Shown: one piece after another, positions 1 to 10,776 of the stretch
How positions within the stretch are numbered: position 1 is the first letter of the stretch
Layout of the letters: each line of letters begins with the position of its first letter
From: Puniceicoccales bacterium
GTDB lineage: Bacteria; Verrucomicrobiota; Verrucomicrobiia; Opitutales; LL51
DNA: 64,000 bases
Direction: 5' to 3'
Assembly: GCA_031255005.1 (NCBI GenBank)
Contig: JAIRTH010000016.1
Location: forward strand, 5,859-69,858
The notes under the pieces: model-generated
Seen by the model: the letters and a program-made list of their open reading frames with translations, nothing else
What the model was told of the DNA's origin: nothing
Databases searched by the model: none
Position numbers and translations under genes: made by a program

Positions 1-51
1 TAAAAATAAACGAAAAAACAGCACCCCATGAAGGTGAAGACACGGTTAAAT

Positions 52-127
<76 letters not shown>

Positions 128-211
128 AGCCCTACCGAGCAACCGAAAATCTGTGCACTCTTGTTAACTTTACAAGCACAATTTTATCTTTTTATTCAAA
201 TTTTAACTATT

Positions 212-988
212 ATGAACAGCCTCGATGGAAAAATTTCTCATTTAACAACCATCCTGGCCCATGGCGTAAAGCTAATACAATTCGATGCCAATGGGCTGGT
301 GGCCCTGGACAAACCTATCGGCATAATGGCTCATCCCAATGATAAATCCATCAAAAAAAAAGAAGAAGAAAAAAAAATTTCTTTATTGGCAGCACCCTAC
401 AATGCGAAATTAAAAAAATATTCTCTGGGTAACGGACTTGATTTTTTCCTCCTCAACAGGTTAGATTCCCCCACCTCCGGCGTAATAATCGGTTGTTTTG
501 ATCATGGCTTGGCCGAAGCAGTGATCACTAGTTTTAGCTTAAATAGAGTGCATAAAAAATACATCGCATTGACAAAATTCAGTCCCTGCCCAAAACAAGG
601 CCATTGGGAAAATTTTCTGCAAAAAACCATCGTAAATAACAAACTTCGATTAATAAAAACCACAGGTGAAAAATGTCTAACCGACTACAAAATTTTAAAA
701 ATCATCGATGCTCAAAGACTAACCTTGGCACTGCTAGCATTGAAACCCATCACAGGAAAAACCCATCAACTAAGGATTCAGTGTGCCATGCATAATCTAC
801 CGATCCTTGGCGATAAAACCTATGGCGATTTTCGGCTCAACAGATTATTTGCAAAAACAAATCAGCCCAGGATGTGCTTGCACTCCGAATCCATGGAAAT
901 AGCATATAATCTACAAAATAAGGAGTATAAATTTTATGCTACTAGTCATTGTCCATTTCAAAATACCGAAAATATCGAATTAATTTGA
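212..988 (+). CDS. RluA-family pseudouridine synthase
   Basis: ORF 161..988. Motifs LVALDKPIGIMAHP, RLDSPTSGVI (catalytic Asp) and GKTHQLRIQCA. The ATG at 212 (MNSLDGK) is preferred because the 161 start sits almost against the tRNA. Confidence 0.8.
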   Translation: MNSLDGKISHLTTILAHGVKLIQFDANGLVALDKPIGIMAHPNDKSIKKKEEEKKISLLAAPYNAKLKKYSLGNGLDFFLLNRLDSPTSGVIIGCFDHGLAEAVITSFSLNRVHKKYIALTKFSPCPKQGHWENFLQKTIVNNKLRLIKTTGEKCLTDYKILKIIDAQRLTLALLALKPITGKTHQLRIQCAMHNLPILGDKTYGDFRLNRLFAKTNQPRMCLHSESMEIAYNLQNKEYKFYATSHCPFQNTENIELI

Positions 989-1040
989 TTGCATTGATAA
1001 TCTTTATGAACATTATTAAATGAAATAATATTTTATAATT

Positions 1041-3146
1041 ATGAAAGATATGTTCGGTTTTTGTAAATTAGCTTTATTAATGATATTTTCTTTAGGAAGT
1101 GTGTCGCTTTACTCTGATACCATCTGGCCAATTGTTGAATCAGAATCCACTGAGCAGTCCTATGATGAAAGCCAGTCTTTGCCTATTTTGCCTATAAATG
1201 GCGATGAACCAGCAGCCATACCTGGCAATGCATTGCCAGAAAAGCCCAAAAATTTCACCGCTGATGACATCATTGTTTATGTAAAATTAGCAGATATTAG
1301 GTCCTTTGTTGCCAAAGCTTTGAAATTTGTAAATTCCTTCGATAGCACCAAATTGGTCGAGCCAATAATAGGTAGCATGCTATCCGAGTACGGTTATCCT
1401 GATTTTAAGGCCTTTGACAGCAACTATGGCATCACATGTTTTTTATGCGGCAATGATAATGATATATTGACTATGATAAAATTAAATAACGACACATCCA
1501 GCATTAAAAATTTTCTTAAAGCCAATGAATCAAGGGTGAAAATAGTAAACGGATGGATGTTTTTTTCACCATTTAATAATATTATAGAACGCGTAGTCGA
1601 CATAAGCCCTTTCGTAAAAATAGCTTCCGCCGCAGAGAAAAACGATGTGGAGTTTACATTTGTATCGGCCAGAGAATGCATTTATGAATTGCTAGATATA
1701 ATCTTTGGCATAGTTAAAAGTGAAAATAGCAATAATATTACTACCGCTGCGGTTCAATTGCTAAATATAATACAGGACATGCTGATGGCCTGTGCCGATG
1801 ATATTAACACAGCAAGTCTGTTATTCGGCGTGGCTGATAGCAATATTATTTTATCGGCTTCCATTGAAGCCATTCCGGGCACTCAGCTAGCCAATCTTTT
1901 GGATAATAAAAATTCCACCAATGCCATCTCTGCCTGGACAAATTTCATCGAATACGATGTGCTATCCCAACTCACCAGATTTAACCTGGGGCCTTGGCTG
2001 GACTATGCATTATATATATTGAAGTTGTTGAGCTCAAATCCACTGTTTGATTTCGCTAAAAACACAGAGCAATTATCAAAAATTGCGAATGTTATAAAAG
2101 CCAGCACCGATGGCACTTCCTGCCAAATAACCAGGCTAGGTGAATCCTATAAACAGATCATTGATTTTGTAAGCAATGAAAATGCATTTAAAAATGAACT
2201 TCTCATCTCTGCTCTGTCAAAAAACATTGGCGATTCCATTTCCGTGGCAGAATGTCTTTCATGGACCGGAACTCACAATGATTTTTTTACAATATACGAC
2301 TTTATCATTGAAAAAGTTGCCATTCCCATCATGAAGCAATGTTTATCGTTCGAAAAAAATGGCAATAAAACTGACGTAATTTACTCATCCTATGCTGCCG
2401 AAACCTATGATGGAGTGACCATCTATGAATATAAGCTTCTAAGCCAAACCACCATTAATAATATTTCGACCACAACCAATGCTCTATCACCCAATGAAGG
2501 TATTCTTCCGGAACAGACCACTTCCACATCGGAACTTTACAAAAAATACATTGCCATAGTCGATGGAGTTGTGATAAAAAGCAACAGAAGCGAGCACTTA
2601 AAGGAATTGATAACCGCAATTAAAAGCAAAAAAATTTCCCCCAAAGCTTTTGGCACCTACATGGGAACATTAAATCCAGGAGATATAGATGTGGCCAAAA
2701 TAGATTTAAGGTCCATAGTTGAGAATATTGTAAAAGCTTTGGGACTAAAAATAGGACCTAACTATGACGTAATAAATCCGATAGTAATTGATGTGACAGC
2801 CAAAAATAAAGAATTGGCCATATCGACCATCATAGATCAAAAAACTATCACAGAATTAGCATCCACCATCATTTCTGCCATAGTCCAGAAAGAAACCGAA
2901 AAAAATGCTAAAAAACTTAAACTCAATGGGGTAAAGAAAATAAAGGAACCGAAACCCAGCGATAAAAAGAAAAAAATAAAACCCGGACATCAATCATTGG
3001 TGGCACCTAAACTTGAGACTGTTTCAAAACTTTATATATTCAATGAGGAGAAGGAACAAGGCAACAGCGAGAAATTTATAATACCAATAAAAATGCCACT
3101 GTTACATAAAACCTACTCTAAAAATCGTGCTGAATTTAGAGCCTAA
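1041..3146 (+). CDS. hypothetical exported protein, 701 aa, with lysine-rich C-terminal tail
   Basis: Long uninterrupted ORF. N-terminal hydrophobic leader (FCKLALLMIFSLGSVSLYS). C-terminal polybasic stretch KKLKLNGVKKIKEPKPSDKKKKIKPG. No motif I recognise. Confidence 0.6.
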   Translation: MKDMFGFCKLALLMIFSLGSVSLYSDTIWPIVESESTEQSYDESQSLPILPINGDEPAAIPGNALPEKPKNFTADDIIVYVKLADIRSFVAKALKFVNSFDSTKLVEPIIGSMLSEYGYPDFKAFDSNYGITCFLCGNDNDILTMIKLNNDTSSIKNFLKANESRVKIVNGWMFFSPFNNIIERVVDISPFVKIASAAEKNDVEFTFVSARECIYELLDIIFGIVKSENSNNITTAAVQLLNIIQDMLMACADDINTASLLFGVADSNIILSASIEAIPGTQLANLLDNKNSTNAISAWTNFIEYDVLSQLTRFNLGPWLDYALYILKLLSSNPLFDFAKNTEQLSKIANVIKASTDGTSCQITRLGESYKQIIDFVSNENAFKNELLISALSKNIGDSISVAECLSWTGTHNDFFTIYDFIIEKVAIPIMKQCLSFEKNGNKTDVIYSSYAAETYDGVTIYEYKLLSQTTINNISTTTNALSPNEGILPEQTTSTSELYKKYIAIVDGVVIKSNRSEHLKELITAIKSKKISPKAFGTYMGTLNPGDIDVAKIDLRSIVENIVKALGLKIGPNYDVINPIVIDVTAKNKELAISTIIDQKTITELASTIISAIVQKETEKNAKKLKLNGVKKIKEPKPSDKKKKIKPGHQSLVAPKLETVSKLYIFNEEKEQGNSEKFIIPIKMPLLHKTYSKNRAEFRA

Positions 3147-3160
3147 AGGTGTCATTGAAA

Positions 3161-4990
3161 ATGCCCATCGTAAGCCGTGAGTCCATAGAAGATATTCGGG
3201 AAAATGCTGACATCCTTGATGTAATATCAGGCTATGTCAGTCTTCGGCGTTCTGGCAGTAGTTGGAAGGGACTTAGTCCATTTTCCGACGAAAAGACACC
3301 TTCGTTTTATGTACTTCCGGATAAAAAATTTTTCAAATGCTTTAGCACCGGTCTAGCAGGAGACGTTTTTCGATTTTTGCAGCTAAAAGAAAATTTTTCG
3401 TTCATTGAATCGGTGGAATGGCTAGCCAAAAGATATTCAATGACAGTGAAATACGAAACAACCCAGTCATCATCCATGGGCTCGGTGAAGAATGAGCTGT
3501 TTGAGATACATAAAATCGCCTCCGAATATTATCAAAGTGCATTTTTCTCGTCGACCAAAGATGCTCAGGCCATCCGAGAATACTGGGTAGATCAAAGAAA
3601 ATTTTCATTGGATGTGGCGAAAAAATACGGCATTGGATTCTCACCCAACGGAGATAATTCCCTAACCACCCTTTTGCTTGGCAAAAAATTTTCATCGGAA
3701 GCGCTGAGACAGTCTGGGTTATTTGTATTTAATGATCAAGGTGATATTAAAAATCCGAAACTCCGGTTTCATGGTCGGCTCATGATTCCAATTAAAAATA
3801 TTCAAGGTGATGTGGTTGCATTCTCCGCAAGAAAAATCGATGGCATAACCTCCGGACTGTCGGATTCGAAGTACATAAATTCACCGGAGACACCAATATT
3901 TCACAAGGGGAGCTTGCTGTTTGGCCTAGATCTAGCCAGAAAATATATCCAGAACACAGGAACATTCTATGTAGTTGAAGGCCAACTAGATGTAATTAGA
4001 TGCATGGAGGCTGGATTTACCACCGCCGTGGCACCCCAAGGCACAGGAATCACCGAGGCTCAATTGAACACCCTTCGGAGATATGCAATAAAAATTCATT
4101 GTCTAACGGATGGTGATGAAGCCGGCCTGAAGTGCGCCCAAAGGATCGCAGAACTATCCTTCAAAGCCAACATTGATGCCATTATTTTGAAATTGCCCAG
4201 CGGCTATGATCCGGATTCATTTATCCTAGAAAAAGGCCAGTCTGGCATCGAAATGCTTATCACCGAAGGAATTACATCTCTGAGATTTTTATTGGATGTG
4301 CTGCTTCCCAAGGGCCACCGATCTACACCGATGGAAAAGGAACAGGCTTTGAAAAAAATATATGAGATATTAGTCCACTGTCCGTCGATCGTTGTCACCG
4401 AAGGATATTTGAGGGAAATTGCAGCGTACATCGATATAAATTATCTATCTGTACAGTGCGATTTTTCATCTTTCGCGAAAAATTCAAAACTTTCCATGGG
4501 CATACCCAAAAATTCCAAACCGGCCTCATCCAGCATAAAAGTAAGTTCGGTGGAAAGCGATATTTTATCGATAATAATTCACCACAACGACATTGGCGAA
4601 AAATTGGCGAACATCATTGATGATTCCATGATCAATGACTCAAGCACTGCTGGACAAGTACTTACTAAAATTTTATCCAGGTTAAAAGAAGGCATTTGGT
4701 CTGGCATTTCCGGTCTGGACGATGGCGATTGGACCGAATCTGAAATAAATGAAATATTTTCCATCGCCACGGATAGCGATAGATTCGATGCGCCAGAAGA
4801 TGCTGCCAACATATGTTTAGCAAAACTACATAGGGATTTTGTGAGAAAAAAACTTGACTTAATTCAAGAAAAAGAAAGAACGTCGATGTTTTTTACTAAA
4901 AGCAAAAATTTTATAGACAGTAAAATTGAAGGCCTTCAAGAAGAAAAGAGTCGTTTGCGTAGCACGCTAGCGACTCCACCTAGATTATAG
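3161..4990 (+). CDS. dnaG: DNA primase DnaG (zinc-ribbon ligands degenerate)
   Basis: EKTPSFYV primase N-terminal motif, TOPRIM region (YVVEGQLDVIRC, LTDGDEAG) and C-terminal helicase-interaction-type domain. ATG 3161 (MPIVSRESIEDI) is preferred; an alternative GTG lies at 3149. Confidence 0.9.
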   Translation: MPIVSRESIEDIRENADILDVISGYVSLRRSGSSWKGLSPFSDEKTPSFYVLPDKKFFKCFSTGLAGDVFRFLQLKENFSFIESVEWLAKRYSMTVKYETTQSSSMGSVKNELFEIHKIASEYYQSAFFSSTKDAQAIREYWVDQRKFSLDVAKKYGIGFSPNGDNSLTTLLLGKKFSSEALRQSGLFVFNDQGDIKNPKLRFHGRLMIPIKNIQGDVVAFSARKIDGITSGLSDSKYINSPETPIFHKGSLLFGLDLARKYIQNTGTFYVVEGQLDVIRCMEAGFTTAVAPQGTGITEAQLNTLRRYAIKIHCLTDGDEAGLKCAQRIAELSFKANIDAIILKLPSGYDPDSFILEKGQSGIEMLITEGITSLRFLLDVLLPKGHRSTPMEKEQALKKIYEILVHCPSIVVTEGYLREIAAYIDINYLSVQCDFSSFAKNSKLSMGIPKNSKPASSSIKVSSVESDILSIIIHHNDIGEKLANIIDDSMINDSSTAGQVLTKILSRLKEGIWSGISGLDDGDWTESEINEIFSIATDSDRFDAPEDAANICLAKLHRDFVRKKLDLIQEKERTSMFFTKSKNFIDSKIEGLQEEKSRLRSTLATPPRL

Positions 4991-5014
4991 TCACACAAAT
5001 TTTTACATTTTAAT

Positions 5015-6727
5015 ATGGCAACTAGTAAATCGTCATCAGATACAGGTGCTGTGAACGGTATGGATGTTCGTGTACGCGAACTGATCCGCTTCGCAAAGGA
5101 ACAGGGATATCTAACTCTGCAGGATATCAGTGAATATCTGCCGGAAAGCATAGAAAATCCCGAGGATGTCGAGAACATGATGAATATTCTCGATAATCTT
5201 GAAATAGAGATCGTTGACACCAATGATGTCGAAAGGTATGTGAAGCAACGTGAGGCCGGCAACCTCGAAGATGCTCCAACGGAGGATGTGGCAGAAGATC
5301 CTGTCCGAATGTACCTTAGGCAAATGGGACAGGTTCCTCTCCTGACGAGAGATGAAGAAATCTCCATCTCCAAAAGGATAGAAAAAGCTGAACTTCAGGC
5401 CCAGGATGAATTGTTTTCTGTTCACCTGACTGCTGACTTCCAAATCAATCTGGCAGAACGACTTCTACAACGCGAAGAAAGATTTGATCGCATTGTCCTC
5501 GATAAAAAGATCGAAAGTCGAGAGGTATATTATAGAATTCTCGAGCGCTCCATACAAGATAGTAAGCTCCTACTGGAACGTATCCATGACATTTGGAACC
5601 GCTTACAGTCCGTCGAAGGTAATAGAGAAATCGAACAGAAACGATTAAAACAATTTCAGGCTCAGCTAAAAACGGTCATGAAACGCTTCTGTTTCAAAAT
5701 GAAAATTTTTGAAGATTTTCTACAAAGACTAAGGCCAGATCTGAAACAAATAGAGCAACTTGTTCATGAATCACAACGAGTTGCATCTCTCTCTACCCGA
5801 AGAAGTATTGACACCACTGACATGGCCAATCGAATAAAAAAGGCCATGAAAAAATTAGAACTGAAACATCAGGTCGATCCAGTCAGACTCTTGGAAATAG
5901 TGAAAAAATTTCGAGAATATATGCGCGAGGCTCATAAGGCCAAAACTGAGATGGTTGAGGCAAATCTGAGGCTCGTCATCAGCATAGCTAAAAAATATAC
6001 AAACCGCGGACTGACATTCTTAGATCTTATCCAAGAAGGAAATATGGGATTGATGAAGGCTGTCGAAAAATTTGAATACCGCCGTGGTTACAAATTTTCA
6101 ACCTATGCCACCTGGTGGATAAGACAGGCCATAACCCGGTCCATTGCCGATCAAGCTAGGACCATTCGAATTCCGGTCCATATGATAGAAGTCCTCAATC
6201 GAGTCATGCAGATACAACGTCAACTACAGCAAGAACTTGGTCACGAACCTTCCGCCGAAGAGGTGGCCAGCGAAATGAGCTTACCGCTGGACAGAGTCAA
6301 GGCCATAATGAAGATGGCCCAGCAACCAATTTCGTTGCAAAGCCCGGTGGGCGATAATGAAGATTCTAGTTTTGGCGATTTTATCGAGGACAAAAGCGCG
6401 GACAACCCATACGACATGACTGCTTACAGCTTGCTGCGCGAAAAGATAGATGACGTGCTGATCAGTCTAACCGAAAGAGAACGAGATGTTTTGATGTTGC
6501 GCTTCGGTCTCAAAGATGGCTATAGCAGAACACTGGAAGAAGTCGGCCAAACGTTCAATGTCACCCGCGAAAGGATTCGTCAGATCGAAGCCAAGGCGCT
6601 GAGAAAAATGCGCCACCCCACAAGAATCCGCCAATTGCATGGATTTTTCGAAGGGGATTTTGATACAGAAGGCCCTGGATTTGAGGATTTTGTGCAACAA
6701 CAGCAACAGCAGCAACAACATAATTAA
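5015..6727 (+). CDS. rpoD: primary sigma factor RpoD (sigma-70 family) with C-terminal poly-Q tail
   Basis: [66 protein letters not shown], and region 4 [21 protein letters not shown]. Confidence 0.97.
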   Translation: MATSKSSSDTGAVNGMDVRVRELIRFAKEQGYLTLQDISEYLPESIENPEDVENMMNILDNLEIEIVDTNDVERYVKQREAGNLEDAPTEDVAEDPVRMYLRQMGQVPLLTRDEEISISKRIEKAELQAQDELFSVHLTADFQINLAERLLQREERFDRIVLDKKIESREVYYRILERSIQDSKLLLERIHDIWNRLQSVEGNREIEQKRLKQFQAQLKTVMKRFCFKMKIFEDFLQRLRPDLKQIEQLVHESQRVASLSTRRSIDTTDMANRIKKAMKKLELKHQVDPVRLLEIVKKFREYMREAHKAKTEMVEANLRLVISIAKKYTNRGLTFLDLIQEGNMGLMKAVEKFEYRRGYKFSTYATWWIRQAITRSIADQARTIRIPVHMIEVLNRVMQIQRQLQQELGHEPSAEEVASEMSLPLDRVKAIMKMAQQPISLQSPVGDNEDSSFGDFIEDKSADNPYDMTAYSLLREKIDDVLISLTERERDVLMLRFGLKDGYSRTLEEVGQTFNVTRERIRQIEAKALRKMRHPTRIRQLHGFFEGDFDTEGPGFEDFVQQQQQQQQHN

Positions 6728-7895
6728 TTTCAATCGAGATATATCACAACCGGCGGATGGTAAATACGGAATCAGTGGCAAGCTATTGATTTTGTATGCC
6801 ATTGCCTATTGTTTGCTGGTCCATGGCAGCGTATACCAAGATTCTCATCCTTGGCGAATTTTGGTCTATGGAATTTTTGCCGCTTCGGTTTTTTTCAAAT
6901 ACCTGAAATCACCAATTAATTGCGGCATAACGCATTACATCAGCATAGCCCTAATATTTTACGGCATCACCATTGGTTTAATAAATTTTCATAGATCATT
7001 TTTTTCTTGGTACAGTCTACTATCTGACCTCATAGCGCTGTCTGGATTTTTAATCGGAACAATGCTCTGCGCAACAAAAAGTAACATGATGATCATGAAG
7101 ATATTAACAAACTGCTTTCATTATCTATTTCTGCTGGCAATCATTGGCACGCTATGGTCTATCCATAGCACGACCTCACATCAAAGATTGGCCAATATGT
7201 CGATCATAACAGCCGTAGATTACTGCATAAGACTGTTTCCTATTGCCTTATACTACAAGCGCTTATGCCGAGACAACTCCATCAAACTCCTAGGTTCGTG
7301 GTTGTTAATCCTCGTTATCATAGCCATAATTGGCAGTCGTGGCAGCCTACTCCTATATGTGGCTTGCAGTCTATTGGTCATTTTTTCTAGCACAAACAAG
7401 ATAACTCTTTCTCTGATAACAACATCCTTATCAGCCATTGTAATATTTTCTGCATTTTATTTGGTAGATATAGACATATTTAGTCATTTAAAAAATCGCA
7501 TTACTTCCACGAAACTATGCGAAGAAAACAGATTTTACGAAATGATGAATCTGGTAAAAGATGCCAACATTGAGCTGCTATGCGGCCGAGGTCTGGGCGC
7601 TAGAAACCACAACCACAACAACTTCAAGTTTTCGGAATCATTTTGCACCATGCCTCACATCACTGCCCTAGGCTTCATGTATAAATGCGGAATTCTTGGT
7701 TTTCTATTTTTCTGGCTATTCCCTCTCATCCACGCAATCCGACTGATCTTTTCCCGCTACAAAATGGCTATAGCCTTCGCCACATCACTAATTATATTTA
7801 AACTAGGTGATTGCATCGGAGGAACTTGGGATTCAATCGGCCTATTATTTTTTTCCATTGTCTTATTTCTAAATCTTCAGTGGAAAACCTACTAA
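6639..7895 (+). CDS. polytopic membrane protein, possibly O-antigen ligase/Wzy-like
   Basis: About 10 hydrophobic segments and a GSRGSLLLY motif as seen in Wzy_C/WaaL-type proteins. The start is uncertain. The annotated ATG overlaps rpoD by 89 nt, and no other in-frame ATG precedes the first TM segment (an in-frame TTG lies at 6786). Confidence 0.45.
   Translation: MDFSKGILIQKALDLRILCNNSNSSNNIINFNRDISQPADGKYGISGKLLILYAIAYCLLVHGSVYQDSHPWRILVYGIFAASVFFKYLKSPINCGITHYISIALIFYGITIGLINFHRSFFSWYSLLSDLIALSGFLIGTMLCATKSNMMIMKILTNCFHYLFLLAIIGTLWSIHSTTSHQRLANMSIITAVDYCIRLFPIALYYKRLCRDNSIKLLGSWLLILVIIAIIGSRGSLLLYVACSLLVIFSSTNKITLSLITTSLSAIVIFSAFYLVDIDIFSHLKNRITSTKLCEENRFYEMMNLVKDANIELLCGRGLGARNHNHNNFKFSESFCTMPHITALGFMYKCGILGFLFFWLFPLIHAIRLIFSRYKMAIAFATSLIIFKLGDCIGGTWDSIGLLFFSIVLFLNLQWKTY
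6695..6718 (+). repeat. CAA/CAG codon run encoding Q8 at the rpoD C-terminus
   Basis: caacaacagcaacagcagcaacaa read in the rpoD frame, followed by cat aat taa. Confidence 0.9.
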
Positions 7896-7914
7896 ACGCC
7901 AGAGTCACTGATAG

Positions 7915-9234
7915 CTAGATTCTTTCGCCATACAAGGTGGTGACGGCAGACGATGTTATCCTAACATCCACAAACTCACCGACATCCGAATCATTTCCCT
8001 GGAATAACACCTTTCGATGATTGTTCGCCCGGCCCTGAAACATATTTTCACCACGTCGAGCTCTACCCTCGACGAGCACCCTTTGCTGTGAATTTAACAT
8101 CTTATCGTTGTAGGCCTTAGAATACATCGTCAATTTTTTAAGCAGCACATCATTCCGCTGCTCCTTGACCTCCTGTGGCACCGGATCCGACATCGTCGCC
8201 GCCACCGTACCTCGACGACTGCTATACTTAAATATGAATGCCATGTCAAACCTCGCTTCATCAAAAAGCGAACACGTCTCCAAAAAATCCTCATCATTTT
8301 CGCCTGGAAATCCCACAATAAGATCAGTTGAAATAGACAGATCAGAAATCATATCTCTCAGAGCCAGAACGATTTTCATAAAACCATCTCGATTATATGC
8401 CCTTCGCATAGCCCGCAATATTTTATCCGATCCGCTCTGCGCTGGCAAATGTACCTGTGGACATAATTTTGGAAGATTTTTATAGCAATCGATGAGGTCC
8501 TGCCGAAATCCAACTGGATGGGGTGAGGTAAACCTAATTCTTTGTATACCAGAAACTTTGTGAATTTCTTCCAACAGCTGAACAAAGGCACTTTTGCCAT
8601 TCTTTGCAGCTATTTGGCGAAAACCATAGCGATTGACTATCTGGCCAAGCAATGTCACCTCTTTAACACCTCTATCAGCTAACGTATTGATTTCCAAAAG
8701 GATATCTTTCATCGGCCTGTAACGCTCTGGCCCTCTGGTTTTCGGAACAATACAATAGCTACATCGCATGTTACAACCGGCCATTATTGAAACAAAAGCA
8801 CTTGACTGTCTATGCCTTAGGTCATGTATCGAATCCATAATCCATTCATTTTCAATCTTGGCTGGCTCCACATCAATGATAAAAGTCTCTTTTTTGGAAA
8901 TTACGGCCTCCAGATGATCGCCAATTTTGCTGTAATTCTCCGGCCCAAGGATTATATTTACCGCCGGCACGCGTTTTTTGATCTCCTCGGCCAAATTTTT
9001 TGCCATGCATCCCAGCACACACAGAATGATATCGCGCCTAGATAAATAGCCCAACTTGCCAAAAACTTTCAGCTCAGCAAGTTCTCTAACACTACAGGTA
9101 TTCAATATGATAATATCCGCAGACATTTCATTATCAACCATATGATAATCCCGGGATCGGAGCAGTGCCTGGATAGCCTCCGAATCCCGTTCATTCATCT
9201 GACAACCATAGGTCTTGATGAAAACTTTCCTCAT
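7915..9234 (-). CDS. miaB: tRNA-i6A37 methylthiotransferase MiaB (radical SAM)
   Basis: KVFIKTYGCQMNERDSE N-terminus, radical-SAM box GCNMRCSYCIVP, TRGPERYR, and a C-terminal TRAM-like end. Confidence 0.9.
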   Translation of the reverse strand: MRKVFIKTYGCQMNERDSEAIQALLRSRDYHMVDNEMSADIIILNTCSVRELAELKVFGKLGYLSRRDIILCVLGCMAKNLAEEIKKRVPAVNIILGPENYSKIGDHLEAVISKKETFIIDVEPAKIENEWIMDSIHDLRHRQSSAFVSIMAGCNMRCSYCIVPKTRGPERYRPMKDILLEINTLADRGVKEVTLLGQIVNRYGFRQIAAKNGKSAFVQLLEEIHKVSGIQRIRFTSPHPVGFRQDLIDCYKNLPKLCPQVHLPAQSGSDKILRAMRRAYNRDGFMKIVLALRDMISDLSISTDLIVGFPGENDEDFLETCSLFDEARFDMAFIFKYSSRRGTVAATMSDPVPQEVKEQRNDVLLKKLTMYSKAYNDKMLNSQQRVLVEGRARRGENMFQGRANNHRKVLFQGNDSDVGEFVDVRITSSAVTTLYGERI

Positions 9235-9237
9235 CTA

Positions 9238-10695
9238 TCAGTTAGCCAACGGCTTAAGTGTAGGATACAAAATCGTATCCCGAATATTATCTGCTTCGGT
9301 GAGCAAAATCACCAAGCGATCTATGCCAATGCCCATACCTCCGGCCGGAGGCATAGCATACTCAAGCGCCAGAAGAAATTCATTATCAAGGTTTTGTATC
9401 TCCTCTCCCACCTGAGCTTCAAACATTTCCCTCTGAATAAATGGATCATTCTGCTCGGAATAGGACGGCGCAATTTCTTGGCCATTGATACATAACTCAA
9501 ATACATCCAAGACCTTTTGATTTTTTTGGTTTAACTTAGCCAATGGACATAGTTCCTTTGGCAATTCCAAAACAAAAGTTGGCTGTATCAAATTCGGCTC
9601 CACCAGCTTTCCGAAAACATCATCGGTAATTTCATAGTCCTCTTGATCTGGATTTACTTCCACACCTAACTCCTTGCAGGCCTTGAGCTTCTCTTCCTTT
9701 GTCCTGGAAAACCAATGATCATCACCGCTAGCCTCCATAACCAAATTGCTATAGGTTTCTTCCCGCCATTTTCCTGACAATTCAATCTCTTTGCCATCGT
9801 AACGAGTCAACCTAGTCTTGCCCAGCACCACCTTGCACAAGTGTTGAATCAAATCATAGATCAGCGACATCATGCCCCGATGGTCCGAATAGGCCTGGTA
9901 AAGCTCTATCATCGTAAACTCAGGATTATGCTTCCGCGAAAGCCCCTCGTTGCGAAACACTCGCCCCAGTTCAAAAACCCGGTCAAAACCAGCAACCAGC
10001 ATCCGCTTCAAAAATAATTCTAACGATATTCTGAGATAAAAATCATGATCTAACGCATTCATATGGGTTATGAACGGCTTCGCCGCCGCCCCACCGGGAA
10101 TATGCTGAAGCATCGGCGTCTCAACCTCGGTAAACTCCCTACTCCACAAAAACTTACGGATCTCTTTCAAAATTTCTGTTCTTTTAAAGGCCCTATCTCT
10201 AGATCCCTGATTTACAATTAAATCCAAATATCTCTGCCGATAAATCTGCTCATCATCTGTAAGCCCATGCCATTTTTCCGGCAATGGCCGCAAAGATTTC
10301 GCCAAAAGACTAAACTCGTCCACTCTAACGGTTATCTCTCCAGTCTTGGTTTTGAACAACTTACCTCTCGCACCGATGATATCACCAATGTCTAGTTTTT
10401 TAAAATCTTTGTACCTATTTTCACCAATATCATCCTGGGCCACATACAATTGAATATGGCCATCTCGATCTAGCAAATTTATAAAACTTGCCTTACCCAT
10501 GAGCCGATAAGCCACAATTCTTCCTGCCACAGAAACACTTACAGCCTCACCATCATGGATAAATAATCCTTTGGCCTGGGCCGATGTATGTTTCTGATCC
10601 CAATTCTGCCTAAACGGATCAAAACCAGCCCCCCGCATTTCTTCTAATTTATTTCGCCGAACAACAATTAATTCATTATTTTCACTTTCCTGCAT
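9238..10695 (-). CDS. lysS: lysyl-tRNA synthetase, class II
   Basis: OB-fold N-terminus. Class II motifs FREVETPML-like (FTEVETPMLQHIPGGAAAKPF), RVFRNEG and GMGIGIDRLVILLT. Confidence 0.95.
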   Translation of the reverse strand: MQESENNELIVVRRNKLEEMRGAGFDPFRQNWDQKHTSAQAKGLFIHDGEAVSVSVAGRIVAYRLMGKASFINLLDRDGHIQLYVAQDDIGENRYKDFKKLDIGDIIGARGKLFKTKTGEITVRVDEFSLLAKSLRPLPEKWHGLTDDEQIYRQRYLDLIVNQGSRDRAFKRTEILKEIRKFLWSREFTEVETPMLQHIPGGAAAKPFITHMNALDHDFYLRISLELFLKRMLVAGFDRVFELGRVFRNEGLSRKHNPEFTMIELYQAYSDHRGMMSLIYDLIQHLCKVVLGKTRLTRYDGKEIELSGKWREETYSNLVMEASGDDHWFSRTKEEKLKACKELGVEVNPDQEDYEITDDVFGKLVEPNLIQPTFVLELPKELCPLAKLNQKNQKVLDVFELCINGQEIAPSYSEQNDPFIQREMFEAQVGEEIQNLDNEFLLALEYAMPPAGGMGIGIDRLVILLTEADNIRDTILYPTLKPLAN

Positions 10696-10776
10696 TTAAC
10701 AAGTCTCCTTTAAAACGCTCAAAAATCCGCACCACATGTAAATAATAAAAAAATGCCTTTGGTTAATAAAATATAT

